A DNA stretch of 63,790 nt, the filler included, from Octopus bimaculoides (taxonomy: Eukaryota), in assembly GCF_001194135.2 (NCBI RefSeq). It is 6 parts of 6 records of this genome, joined end to end, with 100 filler letters (N's around TTAATTAATTAA, not from the genome) between each part and the next. Parts side by side here need not be neighbours in the genome. Positions count along the whole stretch, not along the records: positions 1 to 26,269 come from NC_068981.1; positions 26,370 to 38,285 come from NC_068987.1; 4 more parts are not named here. One strand, given 5' to 3'. Position numbers and translations under genes: made by a program. This document shows positions 12,856 through 26,394 of this stretch, in pieces. A model generated the notes under the pieces. That model saw nothing but the letters and a program-made list of their open reading frames with translations. It was not told the origin of the DNA and searched no databases. The first letter of the stretch is position 1. The number at the start of each line of letters is the position of its first letter.

Positions 12856-12856
12856 T
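12730..12856. repeat. (CAT)n microsatellite with interruptions
   Basis: Direct reading; source of the poly-H and poly-D ORFs. Confidence 0.95.
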
Positions 12857-13047
12857 ATTGAGTGGCAGAGCAGCGCATGCCATCGAAGTGATACTGGAGT
12901 ACAAATATACGAAGTCCAGTATACTCATCATGACTACCCGTCTGATAAGGGTACATCAGGCACATGCAACACAACCACATATGCATATACATACAAATAT
13001 ATAAATCTATGTATGAATATAGGTAAGTGTGTATCTGTATGTGTGTG

Positions 13048-13092
<45 letters not shown>

Positions 13093-13229
13093 CACATTTA
13101 CCTATATTCACACAAACATGTATATATATATATATATATATTTGAGGACACCTATTTCAAGAGATCTTTCTTCTTGTGTTTTTTTTTACCTTACTTTTCA
13201 GATAAATAATATCAGACATCAGGTTAACT

Positions 13230-14030
13230 CAGCATATGAAAAAGCACTCTGCAATCGTTGCCATAAAAGTAGAGTATAGTGATACAGAAATAGCTCGCTT
13301 CCTGAAAGATGTCCGATCCTTCGTTGTCAAAGGTTGAAAGGAGCTGGAAGTTGCTGACGGGATCCAACATTAGCAGCTAAACGCAAAACGCACGCAGAGG
13401 GTCCTAATACAATCAGAACACATAATTCTATACAAATAGTCCAAGAAATAATTAATAAAATCCCCGGAAAGTCAATTAGAATCATTGAAAACGAACTCAG
13501 TTTCAGAATGCACCATCAGATGAGTTGTACATAAGGATATTCAGTACGTGATATGATGCGGAGGTGTTAGTTTATGTCAGGTGCGATAAGAGAAGCGTTC
13601 GATCTGTGCAAGGTGCTTGCTAAACAAGTTAAAACACCAAGAAGCTGGAGTGCTTTGGTTTTTCTTTGATGAGAAAAACTACGATTAGGACCAAAAGGTA
13701 AACCGAAATAACAACAGATGGTTATGTATAGACCCAAAATCAGGTTCCATCGGTCATGCAAACTAAGTTCACGGCATTTGTCATGGTTCTGGGAGTCATC
13801 AGCAACGAAGGAGGTGTCATATCTCCTCACTTTTTTCCACACAGCTTAAGAATCAATGCTACTGTCTACATACTGAAGCAGCCATTGATGCTCACAGTGG
13901 ATTCATTGAATAGATGTGATAAAAGGATTCTCAAGATAAATTGTTTTCGAATACAACTTTTCTTTACTGAGCTATGCACCTTTTTCTAAATTCATACAAA
14001 TGATCTTAAAAAACTGACGCAGCCTGTATA
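13230..14030 (+). mobile_element. Decayed DD37D/maT (Bmmar1-like) transposase, N-terminus to mid catalytic domain
   Basis: With stops and frameshifts: MKKHSAIVAIKVEYSDTEIARFLKDVRSFV..VQEIINKIPGKSIR..LNKLKHQEAGVLWFFFDEKNYD*DQKVNRNNNRWL..MQTKFTAFVMVLGVISNEGGVISPHFFPHSLRINA. It ends in TIR-like ctgacgcagcctgta(ta). Confidence 0.82.
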
Positions 14031-14781
14031 TATATATATATATNNNNNNNNNNNNNNNNNNNNNNNNNNNNNNNNNNNNNNNNNNNNNNNNNNNNNNNNN
14101 NNNNNNNNNNNNNNNNNNNNNNNNNNNNNNNNNNNNNNNNNNNNNNNNNNNNNNNNNNNNNNNNNNNNNNNNNNNNNNNNNNNNNNNNNNNNNNNNNNNN
14201 NNNNNNNNNNNNNNNNNNNNNNNNNNNNNNNNNNNNNNNNNNNNNNNNNNNNNNNNNNNNNNNNNNNNNNNNNNNNNNNNNNNNNNNNNNNNNNNNNNNN
14301 NNNNNNNNNNNNNNNNNNNNNNNNNNNNNNNNNNNNNNNNNNNNNNNNNNNNNNNNNNNNNNNNNNNNNNNNNNNNNNNNNNNNNNNNNNNNNNNNNNNN
14401 NNNNNNNNNNNNNNNNNNNNNNNNNNNNNNNNNNNNNNNNNNNNNNNNNNNNNNNNNNNNNNNNNNNNNNNNNNNNNNNNNNNNNNNNNNNNNNNNNNNN
14501 NNNNNNNNNNNNNNNNNNNNNNNNNNNNNNNNNNNNNNNNNNNNNNNNNNNNNNNNNNNNTATCTTTTGTCCTTCTCTTCCTCCCTTCCCATCTTCTGCC
14601 CCACTCTCTCTCTCTCTCTCTCTTTCTGTTTATGTGTCTGAGCATATTTCTCCATGTGTAAGAGGAGAGGGACTGTGTTTATGCCAATCACGTTCAGTTA
14701 ATAAATTGTAACGTCCCTTTTATCTCTCTCTTCCTCCCTCCGTCCCCCTATTCTCTCTCTCTTTCTTTCTCTCCCTCCCTC

Positions 14782-14818
<37 letters not shown>

Positions 14819-15023
14819 TACACTCACTCACTCTTTCTATCTGTATATGTATATTTCTGCGTCCGCGCTTGCGTATATGTTTGCCTCTAACGCCAAAAGT
14901 CCTGTTACTCAACCAGGCTGAATGTCCAGTCAGCCGTGCTAAATCGTCAGCGTCCAAACAGCTGTGCCCAAGCGTTTCTTTCCGTAATATAATATAATAT
15001 ATGTGAGCGCGTGCGTAGGTGTG

Positions 15024-15063
<40 letters not shown>

Positions 15064-15322
15064 ATATGTGGCTTCTTATACAGATATGAAGCATTGATTG
15101 TATTTAGTATGCAAACTATGAAAAAACCTTTCTTATGTTTCGATTTGGAAAAGAGTTTTTTCAAGTGAGGAGGCACTCCGCTTATACAAGTGATGTTATG
15201 TGAAGTCTTGTATGCATGCATTTGTGTCATATCCACAAACCGAAAGCCATTTTCTTTTCTATTGTCAGACATCAACTGGCGTCAATTAATTGAATACAGA
15301 TGTTAATGAAAGAGCCAATAGA

Positions 15323-15358
<36 letters not shown>

Positions 15359-15663
15359 AGGGAGAGAGAGGGAGGAGAGGGAGAGAGAGCGTGTGTGTGT
15401 GCGTGTGAATATATGTATTGAGTCTGTTGAGTCATGAGTCATGACATATTTATTCTGGGTTAAACATCTTTTATTTTTTGGGTGGCGGTGGTGGTAGTTT
15501 TGCAATGATGTTGTCCATCATATGCTGGTCGTTCAACCACATAATAAATGCTTCGATGTTTGATAATAAACATTGTCACTCGCAACTTTGAGTCGACAAT
15601 GCTTTATACATCATACACTATACACCATACACGCACATGTTACACAAATATCACAAACGCACA

Positions 15664-15752
<89 letters not shown>

Positions 15753-16334
15753 ACACACACACGCGTTTATATATATACATATGTTTTAGTGTATATGTAC
15801 TAACTGTATATACACAAAAGGTACACGCATTCGTATGTTCATACATCTATACCTATGTGTGTGTATATCTGTGTATGTACGTGTGTATACAAAACACACA
15901 TGCACACACATATACACAATCACACACATATGCGCATTTGTGTTAATGTATATGTGTAGTATATCCACATTAATTGAGCGAGTGAGCTAGTTTGTCTGAG
16001 TATTGACATGGAGACAGTAATTGATAGAAATCTGTTCTGTTTTAACTTTTCATACTATCGTCACTAAGATTAGCAGATAAAAGCACATTAAACGTTAGAC
16101 AAGTCCACCAATTTCCTAATATTTACATGATCATATTTGTACATGATATTTAAATATTGTTATATGAAAATATGATAGGATCTGACATATAATGAACTGA
16201 AAAATCTTCGTTTAGCTAAATCTAACCGCGCAGTGAAATTGAAATGTCTGTCAGGAAACATTTAAATCCTAAAAGAAACAAACAAGTGAAATAGTTTCAA
16301 TAAAATTAATTTGAAGTTTTTGAAAAAAATATGA

Positions 16335-16760
16335 GGCGCAGGAGTGGCTGTGTGGTAAGTAGCTTGCTTACCAACCACATGGTTCCGGGTTCATTCCCAC
16401 TACGTAGCACCTTGGGCAAGTGTCTTCTACTATAACCTCGTGCCGACCAAAGCCTTGTGAGTGTGACCAAAGCCTTGTGAGCTTTGGTAGACGGAAACTG
16501 AAAGAAGCCCGTCGTATATGCATATATGTATGTATGTGTGCGTATATGTTTGTGTGTCTGTGTCCCCCCAACATCGCTTGACAACCGATGGTGGTGTGTT
16601 TAGGTCCCCGTAAGTTAGCGGTTCGGCAAAAGAGAACGATAGAATAAGTACTAGGCATCCAAAGAATAAGTCCTGGGGTCGATTTGCTCGACTAAAGGCG
16701 GTGCTCCAGTATGGCCGCAGTCAAATGACTGAAACAAGTAAAAGAGTAAAAGAGTAAAAA
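16335..16760 (+). mobile_element. Family A SINE, near consensus
   Basis: Complete head and tail; internal 20-bp duplication gaccaaagccttgtgagtgt; (GTAAAAGA)n tail. Confidence 0.92.
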
Positions 16761-16800
16761 AGAAATGAAGTACCAAATTTATGACGCTGTTCATAAATAT

Positions 16801-16895
16801 TGGTTTCAAATTTTGGCCAGTAATTTCGAAGGAAGGGTAAATCAATTACATCGACCTTAGTGCTCAACCGGTTCTTATTTTATCAACTCTGAACT
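16801..16895 (-). mobile_element. Family B SINE 3' fragment
   Basis: ggtttcaaattttggcc..aatcaattacatcgacc..ttattttatc. Confidence 0.6.
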
Positions 16896-17388
16896 CATTA
16901 TAAATATTAATGATGTGGACAAAACAATGTATACAAACGAGGAATGGAGTAACGACCTTGAACAATGAATATATTACAAATTTCATTTATATTATTAAAG
17001 ATACTACATTATAAATATATGATTATATGAAAATACAATAATTAAAGTGTAGCAAGACTCATTTCTGTTCTGACATTTCATGTTCGACTAGCTTTTTAAT
17101 ATTCGCATGGAGGCTTCACACGTTAATCTTTAATGATTGGTTGTTTGACCTATCATGTGATGTTGGAACATTTGGTTGAGTTTTGTATTTTGATTGGTCG
17201 AGTGTTGCACGGGATATGGATCCGATCACGTTGCGCGTAATACATCTTCAAACAATTAATTTGAACTATCGCTGTGAGCCACTTTTTGTTTATAAAAAGT
17301 GTTGTAAAATCATTATGACTAGAGAGGAGAGAGATTTTCGCAGGGCACGCGTAATGTTATTTTCCTGCTAATATAACGAAGCACTTGT

Positions 17389-17769
17389 GGGGCGCAATAA
17401 CCCAGTGGTTAGGGCAGCAGACTCGCGGTCATAGGATCGCAGTTTCGATTCCCAGACCGGGCGTTGTGAGTGTTTATTGAGCGAAAATATCTAAAGCTCC
17501 ACGAGGCTCCGGCAGGGGATGGTGGCGAACCCTGCTGTACTCTTTCACCACAACTTTCTCTCACTCTTACTTCCTGTTTCTGTTGTGCCTGTAATTCAAA
17601 GGGTCAGCCTTGTCACACTGTGTCACGCTGAATATCCCCGAGAACTACGTTAAGGGTACACGTGTCTGTGGAGTGCTCAGCCACTTGCACGTTAATTTCA
17701 CAAGCAGGCTGTTCCGTTGATCGGATCAACTGGAACCCTCGACGTCGTAAGCGACGGAGTGCCAACAAC
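17389..17769 (+). mobile_element. Full-length tRNA-derived SINE (family C) with 14-bp TSD
   Basis: Head ggggcgcaataacccagtggttaggg..gtttcgattccc, (CAA)n tail. TSD aacgaagcacttgt at 17375-17388 and 17770-17783. Confidence 0.9.
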
Positions 17770-18169
17770 AACGAAGCACTTGTAACCAACGATGGCCAGA
17801 GTTGAATTATCCTGACGGTGGATGAACTATACTACAATTCGTGATGTCTTATTTGGTCCACTGTATAACTTAGCAGAGGAATAGTCTCACTGTTATTTTA
17901 AAGTTCGTTTCTTGCATTATTTCCACGAATTAACACGCAGCACTTGTTAAATAATGGTATGCAACATTTCTATAGTAAACCAAGAGAGATTTCATAACCT
18001 TACAGGTAAAAAGGCAAAATATAATTTTAAAATGCGAGATATAAATTAGATATCCACACGCATACAAATGCGAAATCACCTGCTAGAGAACTGCATGAGT
18101 TGAAAATGGTAGACCCAAAGGTGCCTGCGATCATCTTTAATGAGGGATCAGGCAAGAAATCTCCCGGTA

Positions 18170-18555
18170 CAGGCGTGGCTGTGTTGGTAAGACTCTTGCT
18201 TCCCAACCACATGGTTCCGGTTTCAGCCACACTGCGTGGTACCTTGAGTACGTGTCTTCTACTAACGCCTCAGGCCGACCAAAGTTTTGTGAGTGGATTT
18301 GGTAGGCGGAAACTGAAAGAAACCCGTCGCATATATGCATACATGTATATGTTTGTATGTCTGTGTTAGTTCCCACAATCATCGCCTGTCAACCGATATT
18401 GGTATGTTTACGTTCCCGTAACTTAGCAGTTCGGCAAAAGGGATCGACATAATGAGTACCAGGCTTACAAAGAATAAGTCCTTTGTTCGATTAAAGGCGG
18501 TGCTCCAGCATGGCCGCAGTCAAATGATTGAAACAAATAAAAGAATAAAAGAATA
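18170..18555 (+). mobile_element. Family A SINE
   Basis: Complete head and tail; (AATAAAAG)n end. Confidence 0.9.
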
Positions 18556-18779
18556 CACTTTAAGTGGTAGCGCGTTAGCTGACCGTTTGGTTCGAATGTT
18601 CCTCAGAATCGGTGACGATCCCAACTTTAATAAATGCCTTATTATTCTTTTCTTCCTCTTACATTTCGTCCAGTAGCTCTATCAAATCTTCGTTTATTTG
18701 TGTGTGTATGTGTGTGTGTGTGTGTGTGTATGCGTGCGCACGTGTTCTGTGAATTTAATACATTCCCAGTATGTAAGAA

Positions 18780-19590
18780 GACAGCCTCCTGACCAAACAT
18801 TTTACTCACTTTCTCTTAAACTTTGTTCTCTTTCGATGGAGTTCCTTTTCTATTTCGTTCCTTGACCAATGTCTCCTCCTCATAGTAGCATGACAACGAA
18901 GTGGCTGCCGCTAATTATGGCCGCAGAGGGGTTTTCCCTCATATTCCAGCTCAGTTCTTGGGACCAAAATAGAGGCGATAACTTCTCACATTTCCAGAGC
19001 TGTGCCTACTGCTGTTCTTGGAACAACATCTTCCGTGGTCTATTGTCTTTTGTTTTTGCGTTTTAGCCTCTCTAACTTTTCTGGACAGAAAACCTTTAAA
19101 TGACATTTTCTGCCTCATGCAAAACAACTAGGCTTTCACCCCAAACGCTCAGTCATAAAACTTTTCTTTTAGCAGCCGCAACAGGGCACAACTCGAGAAC
19201 CTTTTTGTGATCTTGTGGAGCCACGAGAACTTGTATGCTGATAGGGTCCCCACTCGATCTCTATATCACCAAATATAACTTAAGTACTGACCTCCGGACA
19301 ATAATCTACTACGAAAGTAACTTTAAGTGTCAAGTCAACGTTGTCATTGCTGGATACTTTATGGTAGCCCTCGTGTTTTTTTATCCCAAATACTGTGGGA
19401 TTTATTTTTCGGGCACACATACGATGCACTAACTCAGTTTGTCTTTTAAGCCTCCTCGGTTTTAAAAATAACACTTATGGTGACATGTCCCCCACCTTGT
19501 TCGAAGCCGGAGATCACTCTTCATATTAGCGAATGCTGAAACTAACTGTTCTTTTGAGAACTCAAAGCTCCTCTGGATTTGGCAAAGCAC
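18780..19590 (-). mobile_element. Heavily decayed LINE ORF1-like remnant with CCHC knuckle
   Basis: 19083-19132 reverse complement = PSCFA*GRKCHLKVFCP (C-x2-C-x4-H-x4-C with TGT>TGA). Upstream EQGGGHVTISVIFKTEEA loosely parallels the 63050 ORF1. Confidence 0.45.
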
Positions 19591-20481
19591 AAATAAATTA
19601 CCTACCTTCTCTCATGTGCCTGTATAATAGATTCAGGTGGAAATGAAAGCATTTGCTTTTATAGCATAATACTGTTATGAAGTCTTTCTTTCCCGTTTGC
19701 CTCATATTTAAAATTCGTATGTTGCGAATCACATTTGCAAAAATCAAGGCCGGTCCTCCACTCAAATTTCTATCATTAAAATATACAGTTACCTACGATT
19801 GGCAAAGTTTGCGTTTGGCAACATTGCGTGTTTTTGTTTTTGTTTTTGTTTTGTAATATTTTTCTCCAAATGCATCGTTAAGACTGTTCTCAATAGCTTT
19901 ATTTTTCTATAAAACTGAACATTCCCCCTTTCAAAGAGCATTGGTTTCATTGCAAATCACTCCTAGTAATTCATTTTTCGGTATTTAAAATCCGCGGAAA
20001 GATGTTCACCTTCAATATATTTGTTTTGTTGGGTGTTCAACATCGTCTCATTAAGCAATGATTGTCCAAAATATTCCAAGATACCTCGTTTGAGAATTAT
20101 GATCATGATGAAGTTGATTTCTTTTATTAGCCACAAGGGTTCCACGCACTGAGGACAATACAAGAATATTTTATTGCGATTTTCAAATGAAAATTCAATA
20201 CTGCTGGAAGCGAATTTTGACGATAAATTGACTGGCAATTGTAGTTAAGCCAATCTCTAACAATCGCTCGTAGAATCGTTGAAATTTGGGATATAGTTGA
20301 AGACACTTGCCCAAGATGCTGCGTAATGAGGCAACCCGAAACTCAGGTAAGCATTTATGATATGGAAAATATCATTTCAGTGATTTTATCATGTCATATA
20401 ACACGAAATAGTTGCAGCACAGCAACCAAGACGTAATAAAGCTTTATTTTAAAGGAAAATATTGTCTTCAAATAATTATAT

Positions 20482-20702
20482 ATTCCTCTTCTACTCTAGG
20501 CACAAGGCCCGAAACTTTTGAGGTGGGGGGGGGGAGTCGATTAGTTCGACTCCAGTACGCAACTGGTACTTAATTTATCGACCCCGAAAGGATGAAAGGC
20601 AAAGTCGACCTCGGCGGAATTTGAACCCAGGACGTAAAGACAGACGAAATACCGATAAGCATTTCGTCCGACGTGCTAACGTTTCTGCCAGCTCGACGCC
20701 TT
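20482..20702 (-). mobile_element. Full-length family B SINE with TSD
   Basis: Complete body; caaataattatat repeated on both sides (~20469-20481 and ~20703-20715). Confidence 0.9.
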
Positions 20703-20771
20703 CAAATAATTATATTTTCTGTTGTAGGCTTTGTCAAGATCCGCACAGGATACTGAAGATATTTAAAAATT

Positions 20772-20965
20772 CTTTACTTGTTTCAGTCATTGCATTGTAG
20801 CCTTGCTGGGACACCGCCTTGACGGATTTTAGTCGAACAAATCGACCCCAGTACTTATTCTTTTTAATGACTGGTACTTATTCTGTCGGATCTCTTTTAC
20901 TGAACCACTGAGTTACGAGGATGTAAACAAACCGACACCGGTTGACAAGTAGTGGAAAGATACAC
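20772..20965 (-). mobile_element. Family A SINE 3' half
   Basis: Reverse complement of the tail (cttgtttcagtcatt..gaccccagtacttattc..gtaaacaaaccgacaccggttg). Confidence 0.75.
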
Positions 20966-20994
20966 ACTCGCACGCACATACACATATTCGGCAT

Positions 20995-21340
20995 TTAATC
21001 AGTCCCCTTCTGAAGTCACACACCTCCTCCATCGTCGTTTCTGTTGATGGGAACATTCCTGGAACTCCTCTTTTGGGATAGCAGCTGACACGTCGTATTC
21101 TCTTCGATTTCGTCGACGTTTTGAAATCTTGTTGGGGTGGGGTGGGGTGTCTTCCGCTGCGAAGACTAAGCCTTGGTTTCTGGGTCATAACGATACACCC
21201 ACGATTCGTCACCTGTTTTGGCCGTTTTCAAAAGGTTTTCGTCTTTCTCGACCCAATCAGTGAGATCCTGCGCAGTTGAAACCAGATCTTCTTTTTAAGA
21301 TGATCACACTTTACTTCCAAGCACTGCTATAAACAACGGG
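20995..21340 (-). mobile_element. Internally deleted, decayed mariner transposase
   Basis: Reverse complement reads ENLLKTAKTGDESWVYRYDPETKA*SSQRKTPHPTP, then jumps to C-terminal TRFQNVDEIEENTTCQLL..PKEEFQECSHQQKRRWRRCVTSEGD. Confidence 0.8.
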
Positions 21341-23302
21341 AGTGAACAAGAACGTTATCAATTAGCGTGTGTAAATACAGAGGCATAATTACTCGCCATA
21401 AATAATTACACATAGGTTAAATTGCATGGCCATTTATCTATCCTTGATTGCTTTTACTCCTGTCATCCACTTGTATTCAGTCACTTTTGCACAAAACACA
21501 TGGATTTCGGAAGATTCTACGTCGTCTGCACAAGCATACCACCCTTCTACCTAGTAAAAATGGGATACGCCTTAAAATGCTGAACCTTAGCTGAGAGGAC
21601 CGAATGCTATGTGCAAAAACAGTAAATGAGAGTAGTTTAGCTAAATGTCACAGTAAAATTAGTAACCTAACACCTCAAGATCGATTTGAAACCGGCAGAC
21701 CACACCACAACTACCAGGTAATGATAGTCTATGTTGTGGAATTATTTTGACTGATTGTTAACTGGTCATGGCCTAAAGAGAGCCACATCTAGTTCGTACT
21801 TCCTCTTCTCTCTATCATATGAAGAGGCAGTAGTTCTGTAGAACGTGCATGGGTTTGTGCCGAACAAACAATTTCAAGTGGCAAAAATCTTTAAAACTAA
21901 ATACTGTAGTTATTGATCTGATGTTGTCCAACCTATCATTCTAAAGAATTCCATATCGACTGAGAGTTCCTTCAGGTAACTGCGAACTGTGATAAACATC
22001 GATAAGTTGGATTCTAACAAGTCTGACATCGACGAATAAAATCTGTAAAATAAATCATTTGACTACTTGCTATTTATGTGGTCGTCCAGCCACGATATAC
22101 TTCAACCACCATGATCCATTTTCACATTATTCTGCGCCTGCTGTTGTGAACCGAGGTAGAAAATTGAGGTCTGCAATAAAGTTAGGCACCTATCACCAGT
22201 TTGGCCCTCTCTCCAAATAGTTTAGTCAAATGCCATTGAAAATGCAACACTTTCGTTCGGCATTTGATGCAATATGCTCGTTTCTACCCGACGACTATAG
22301 CAGCTTCTTCTTTTCTGCTGTGTCACATCACTGTTACGTCACACACGGCTTTTATTTCGTTGAATCTAATGAGAAAATTGCAGCAAATCTGCTTGATACT
22401 GGTGTCAGCTGGGGCAATCAGACCATCATATAACTTGTGTGGCATTCGCATTGCGTTTTTATTCTTGTCTTCTGTTTTACGAATCCAGTGTGTACATGCT
22501 CTTTTCGGTTCCTGCTGAAAACTGTTTACAGATCACAACCACCTCACAAATGCAGGTTTGAGAGGAGCGCGAAGCGCTCCGATGGTTGTGAAAATAGTAT
22601 GTATAGTATGATACATCTGACAATACACTGTTCACCTTTGGCTTCGAAGAAGTGGTCTAAAGTTGATCTCATTACAGCTACATTCGTTTGTGATAAAGCC
22701 TGCTGAGCAGCAAACTCTGGTTCAGCAGATTAATATTATGTGGTATTATTATTGTCGGTGGGGAGTATGTAGATGATTAAACTCAACCTGAATATAATTC
22801 GAAGTATTTACAGTGCATAGGCGTCTATACACTACATCGGTGTAGCCAAATCAGACGTTAGATAAAAGAGCGTTTATTGTCAGTAAATTTACGAGCACAC
22901 ACTGACTAATACGTACTTATAAATCAACACAACTACATAGCATACAAAATATATACGTACCTACTGCAGATAAATATATACATACGTATTTACGAGCGCG
23001 TGAAAGAAATTGAGGGAAACAGATTACATCAGATAAGAAAAGAAACAGACACGTTTAAAAATAATGTATCTATTGTACATATTGGCTCTACTCTCAGATA
23101 TTCCTATAGGTCATATTAAAATTTATAAGTGTGTGTTTGTGTACACACACACACGCGCGTATGTATGTATGTATGTATGTATGTATGTATGTATGTATGT
23201 ACAGAGATGCATACATTCTGATAAAAACATAGTGATAGATATACAAAAAAAACAAAGAAAGGAAAGAGCGCGTAACACGTATCGTGGAATTTAAATGCTT
23301 GG

Positions 23303-24183
23303 ATTAAGTTGGCAACTAAGTTCCCTCCGTTTTTTAAAATTAAAATTTTTTAAAAGGTTTAATAAACAATAACAACTAATTAATCAATAATGTATTCACC
23401 ATTGTTGTTTACAACTTCTTCCCAATGTTCAACAAGATTTTCAATACCTCGTTGGTAGAAATCACCCGATTTCGACTCGAAAAATTGATCCAACCAAGCT
23501 CTCAATTCTGCATCTGTATTGAACGAAACTCCGCACATAGCATTTGAAAGAGATCGAAAGAGGTGGAAATCCGTTGGTGCCAAATCAAGAGAGTACAGCG
23601 GGCGTGGCAGCACTTCCCAGCCATGCGTTTGAATGGCTTCCTTGGTCATATTGGCGATATGAGGGCGGGCNNNNNNNNNNNNNNNNNNNNNNNNNNNNNN
23701 NNNNNNNNNNNNNNNNNNNNNNNNNNNNNNNNNNNNNNNNNNNNNNNNNNNNNNNNNNNNNNNNNNNNNNNNNNNNNNNNNNNNNNNNNNNNNNNNNNNN
23801 NNNNNNNNNNNNNNNNNNNNNNNNNNNNNNNNNNNNNNNNNNNNNNNNNNNNNNNNNNNNNNNNNNNNNNNNNNNNNNNNNNNNNNNNNNNNNNNNNNNN
23901 NNNNNNNNNNNNNNNNNNNNNNNNNNNNNNNNNNNNNNNNNNNNNNNNNNNNNNNNNNNNNNNNNNNNNNNNACCATTTTTCGTCGCCAGTAACGATTCG
24001 GTAAAGGAATCGTTGCTTGTGTCCATGAGTTGAGCGGTGACGAACAAGCAAACCAGCGGAGATTGTGGCTCGTTGATTTTTGTTGTTGTCACTTAAAACA
24101 TGCGGAACCCATGCTCCATACTTCTGAACCTTTCCCATCGAGTGAATCTGCTTCTCTATAGCAGTGTGCTGTTTGGAACGGAC
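23303..24183 (-). mobile_element. Mariner (DD34D) transposon, 3' portion, partly in an N gap
   Basis: Translation has WVPHVL, RIVTGDEKW, HDN-adjacent ARPH, YSLDLAPTDFHLFRSL and a typical C-terminus GIENLVEHWEEVVNNNGEYIID. Candidate TIR taagttggcaactaagttccctccgtttttt at ~23304-23335. The 5' part is cut by the LTR-like repeat at 24184. Confidence 0.92.
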
Positions 24184-25555
24184 AGTCTCACATGACTTAT
24201 TTGAAGGCTGCGATTGGTTAAGTTGCATATTGGCGCGTGATAGAGTGAGAGAAAAATTGCGCCAATACAAACCAATCGGAATGGTAGATACAACAGGGTC
24301 CAAAGCAGCGCCCAAAGGCTAGCTGTTACTTGCTACGTTCGTATATACTTAATATAAGGGAAGAAGCTCACTAGAGTTCACTACAGATACCCCCCCCCCA
24401 CCAAGTCATTTTGTGGGAGACAAAATAGACGATAACAGGAAGATATTTCTGTAGCGAAGAAGTGAAAAAGGTCGCGTAGCCGGCAAAACTTGATTTGCAA
24501 ACGGGATGGTCCTACGTTCAGCTAAATGGAAATCACGGGATTACGAAAAATCAAGGTAAACGAGAGTATATTGGCTGCTGTGAGAGCGAGCAGTGCCAAG
24601 AATTTGTCTGCAAAACAGTGAGTCGTTTGCAAAGGAAAGGCTATAGGAAGTAGAAAAGTAACAGTGACTGGCGAAGCGAGTCAAGCCATAAAGATGGCGG
24701 CAAAAGGAATTTCCAATATGCAAGAAACTTGGTGCTGATCAGGCACCAAAGGAAGAAAATGCAGAGAACGCTACGTCATGCAAAGAAAAAAATGCGTTTA
24801 TAAGAAGTGGTTTGTGCGTCCTACAAACCAGAGAAGAAACGCATGACAAAAACACATAAGGAGATTTTTGCCGGATGAGAAAAGGCTTGAGAAAAGCATT
24901 CTGCTGTGTTGGAGTGGATAGCATGAGGCAGACAGCATGTATGTGTATATGTATGTATGAATGAACGTTGAGCAACAAAATAAATAAAAAATATGAACAA
25001 AACATTTAACAATCAAAGGGGAACAACGAGGAAAAACGTTCAGCAAAGAAGGGTGTCCATCAAATAGCACAAAGCATATATGTACAATGATACAGAAAGA
25101 AAATGTGAATGCAGTGTCTCCAGCAGCATAAGTCTATTCTCCGGAACAGTCACTGGCGGGGCCAAGTTAAGAAGTGTAAATAGTCTGAGACAATTTCTTC
25201 GGCCAGTGAACCGATCTGCCAGAACATGTCCTGTAAGGTGAAGAATGTGTTTGTACAGTTGGTGCTTTGGTGAGTGGAAGTGGTGCTTGTGTGGGTGGCA
25301 GTGTTTGTGGAACGATGTGTGTCAGCAAGTGGCATAAATGTTTCGGAAAAGGCTGTCTCACATGACGTATTTGAAGGCTGCGATTGGTTGGGTTGCATAT
25401 TGGCACGCGATAGAGTGAGAGACAAATTGCGCCAATACCAACCAGTCGGAGTGGTAGACACAACGGGGTCCAAAACAGCGCCCAAAGGCTAGCTGTTACT
25501 TGCTACATTCGTATGTACTTAATGTAAGAGAGGAAGTTCACTAGAGTTCGTTACA
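24184..25555 (-). mobile_element. Deleted LTR retrotransposon: two 202-bp LTR-like direct repeats (24184-24385, 25354-25555)
   Basis: About 21 mismatches in 202 nt, mostly transitions. TGT...ACA termini (intact in the 25354 copy). Poly-G PPT-like tract immediately 5' of the downstream LTR on the minus strand (24390-24399). Internal PYRTCSGRSVHWPKKL resembles a Gypsy pol C-terminus. Confidence 0.7.
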
Positions 25556-25587
25556 CATACATACACACACATGCATATACATACGTA

Positions 25588-25659
<72 letters not shown>

Positions 25660-26174
25660 TGCGTGCGTGCGTGCGTGCGTGTAGTTAAAGAGAAGGAACA
25701 TTAACCATGATTTTTACAAACCCTCTTGGTTCAGAAATTAAATTATCGAGTGAGTCTTATGTTGATACTTATGATGACAACTCTAGTTATGTTTCGGTCC
25801 TATTAGACCTCCCCAGCCAAACATAACCATCACAGAGCTACCAGCACCATACAGTGACTTCTATATATAAAATATATTAAAATACATGACTCTGGAAACT
25901 TCAACAAGTACCTTTTGCATAAAGAACATACCATACTTAAGGTTATGGGCTAAAAGTAAATGTCTAATATATAATATCAGCCCCTGATATGAAGTTAATG
26001 CAGGAATAAATGAATAACGAGGAGTGAGATTATTGACCAAGGTTCACGAGACGAAATGAAACACAAAGACAGCAATTTTTAAAATTAAATTAGAGTGAGA
26101 GAGATAGAGAGAGAGGGGGGAGATAGATAGAGAGAGGGGGGGAGATAGATAGATAGAGAGAGAAAGATTGATAG

Positions 26175-26260
<86 letters not shown>

Positions 26261-26313
26261 GAAATGGAANNNNNNNNNNNNNNNNNNNNNNNNNNNNNNN
26301 NNNNNNNNNNNNN

Positions 26314-26325
26314 TTAATTAATTAA
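26314..26325. other. Artificial assembly linker TTAATTAATTAA within an N gap
   Basis: Identical 12-mer centred in ~100-nt gaps; also at 38330, 49655, 56972 and 61584. Confidence 0.95.
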
Positions 26326-26394
26326 NNNNNNNNNNNNNNNNNNNNNNNNNNNNNNNNNNNNNNNNNNNNTGCTGATACCATCGATGCTAATAAA

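Noticed and set aside
21870-22720. Possible Gypsy RT/RNase H remnant (FTDHNHLTNA near 22525)
   Set aside because: A single short motif; the surrounding motifs could not be reconstructed convincingly.
24720-24930. Possible piggyBac C-terminal Cys-rich domain on the plus strand
   Set aside because: Cys spacing needs several frameshifts, and it lies inside the LTR-bounded interval.
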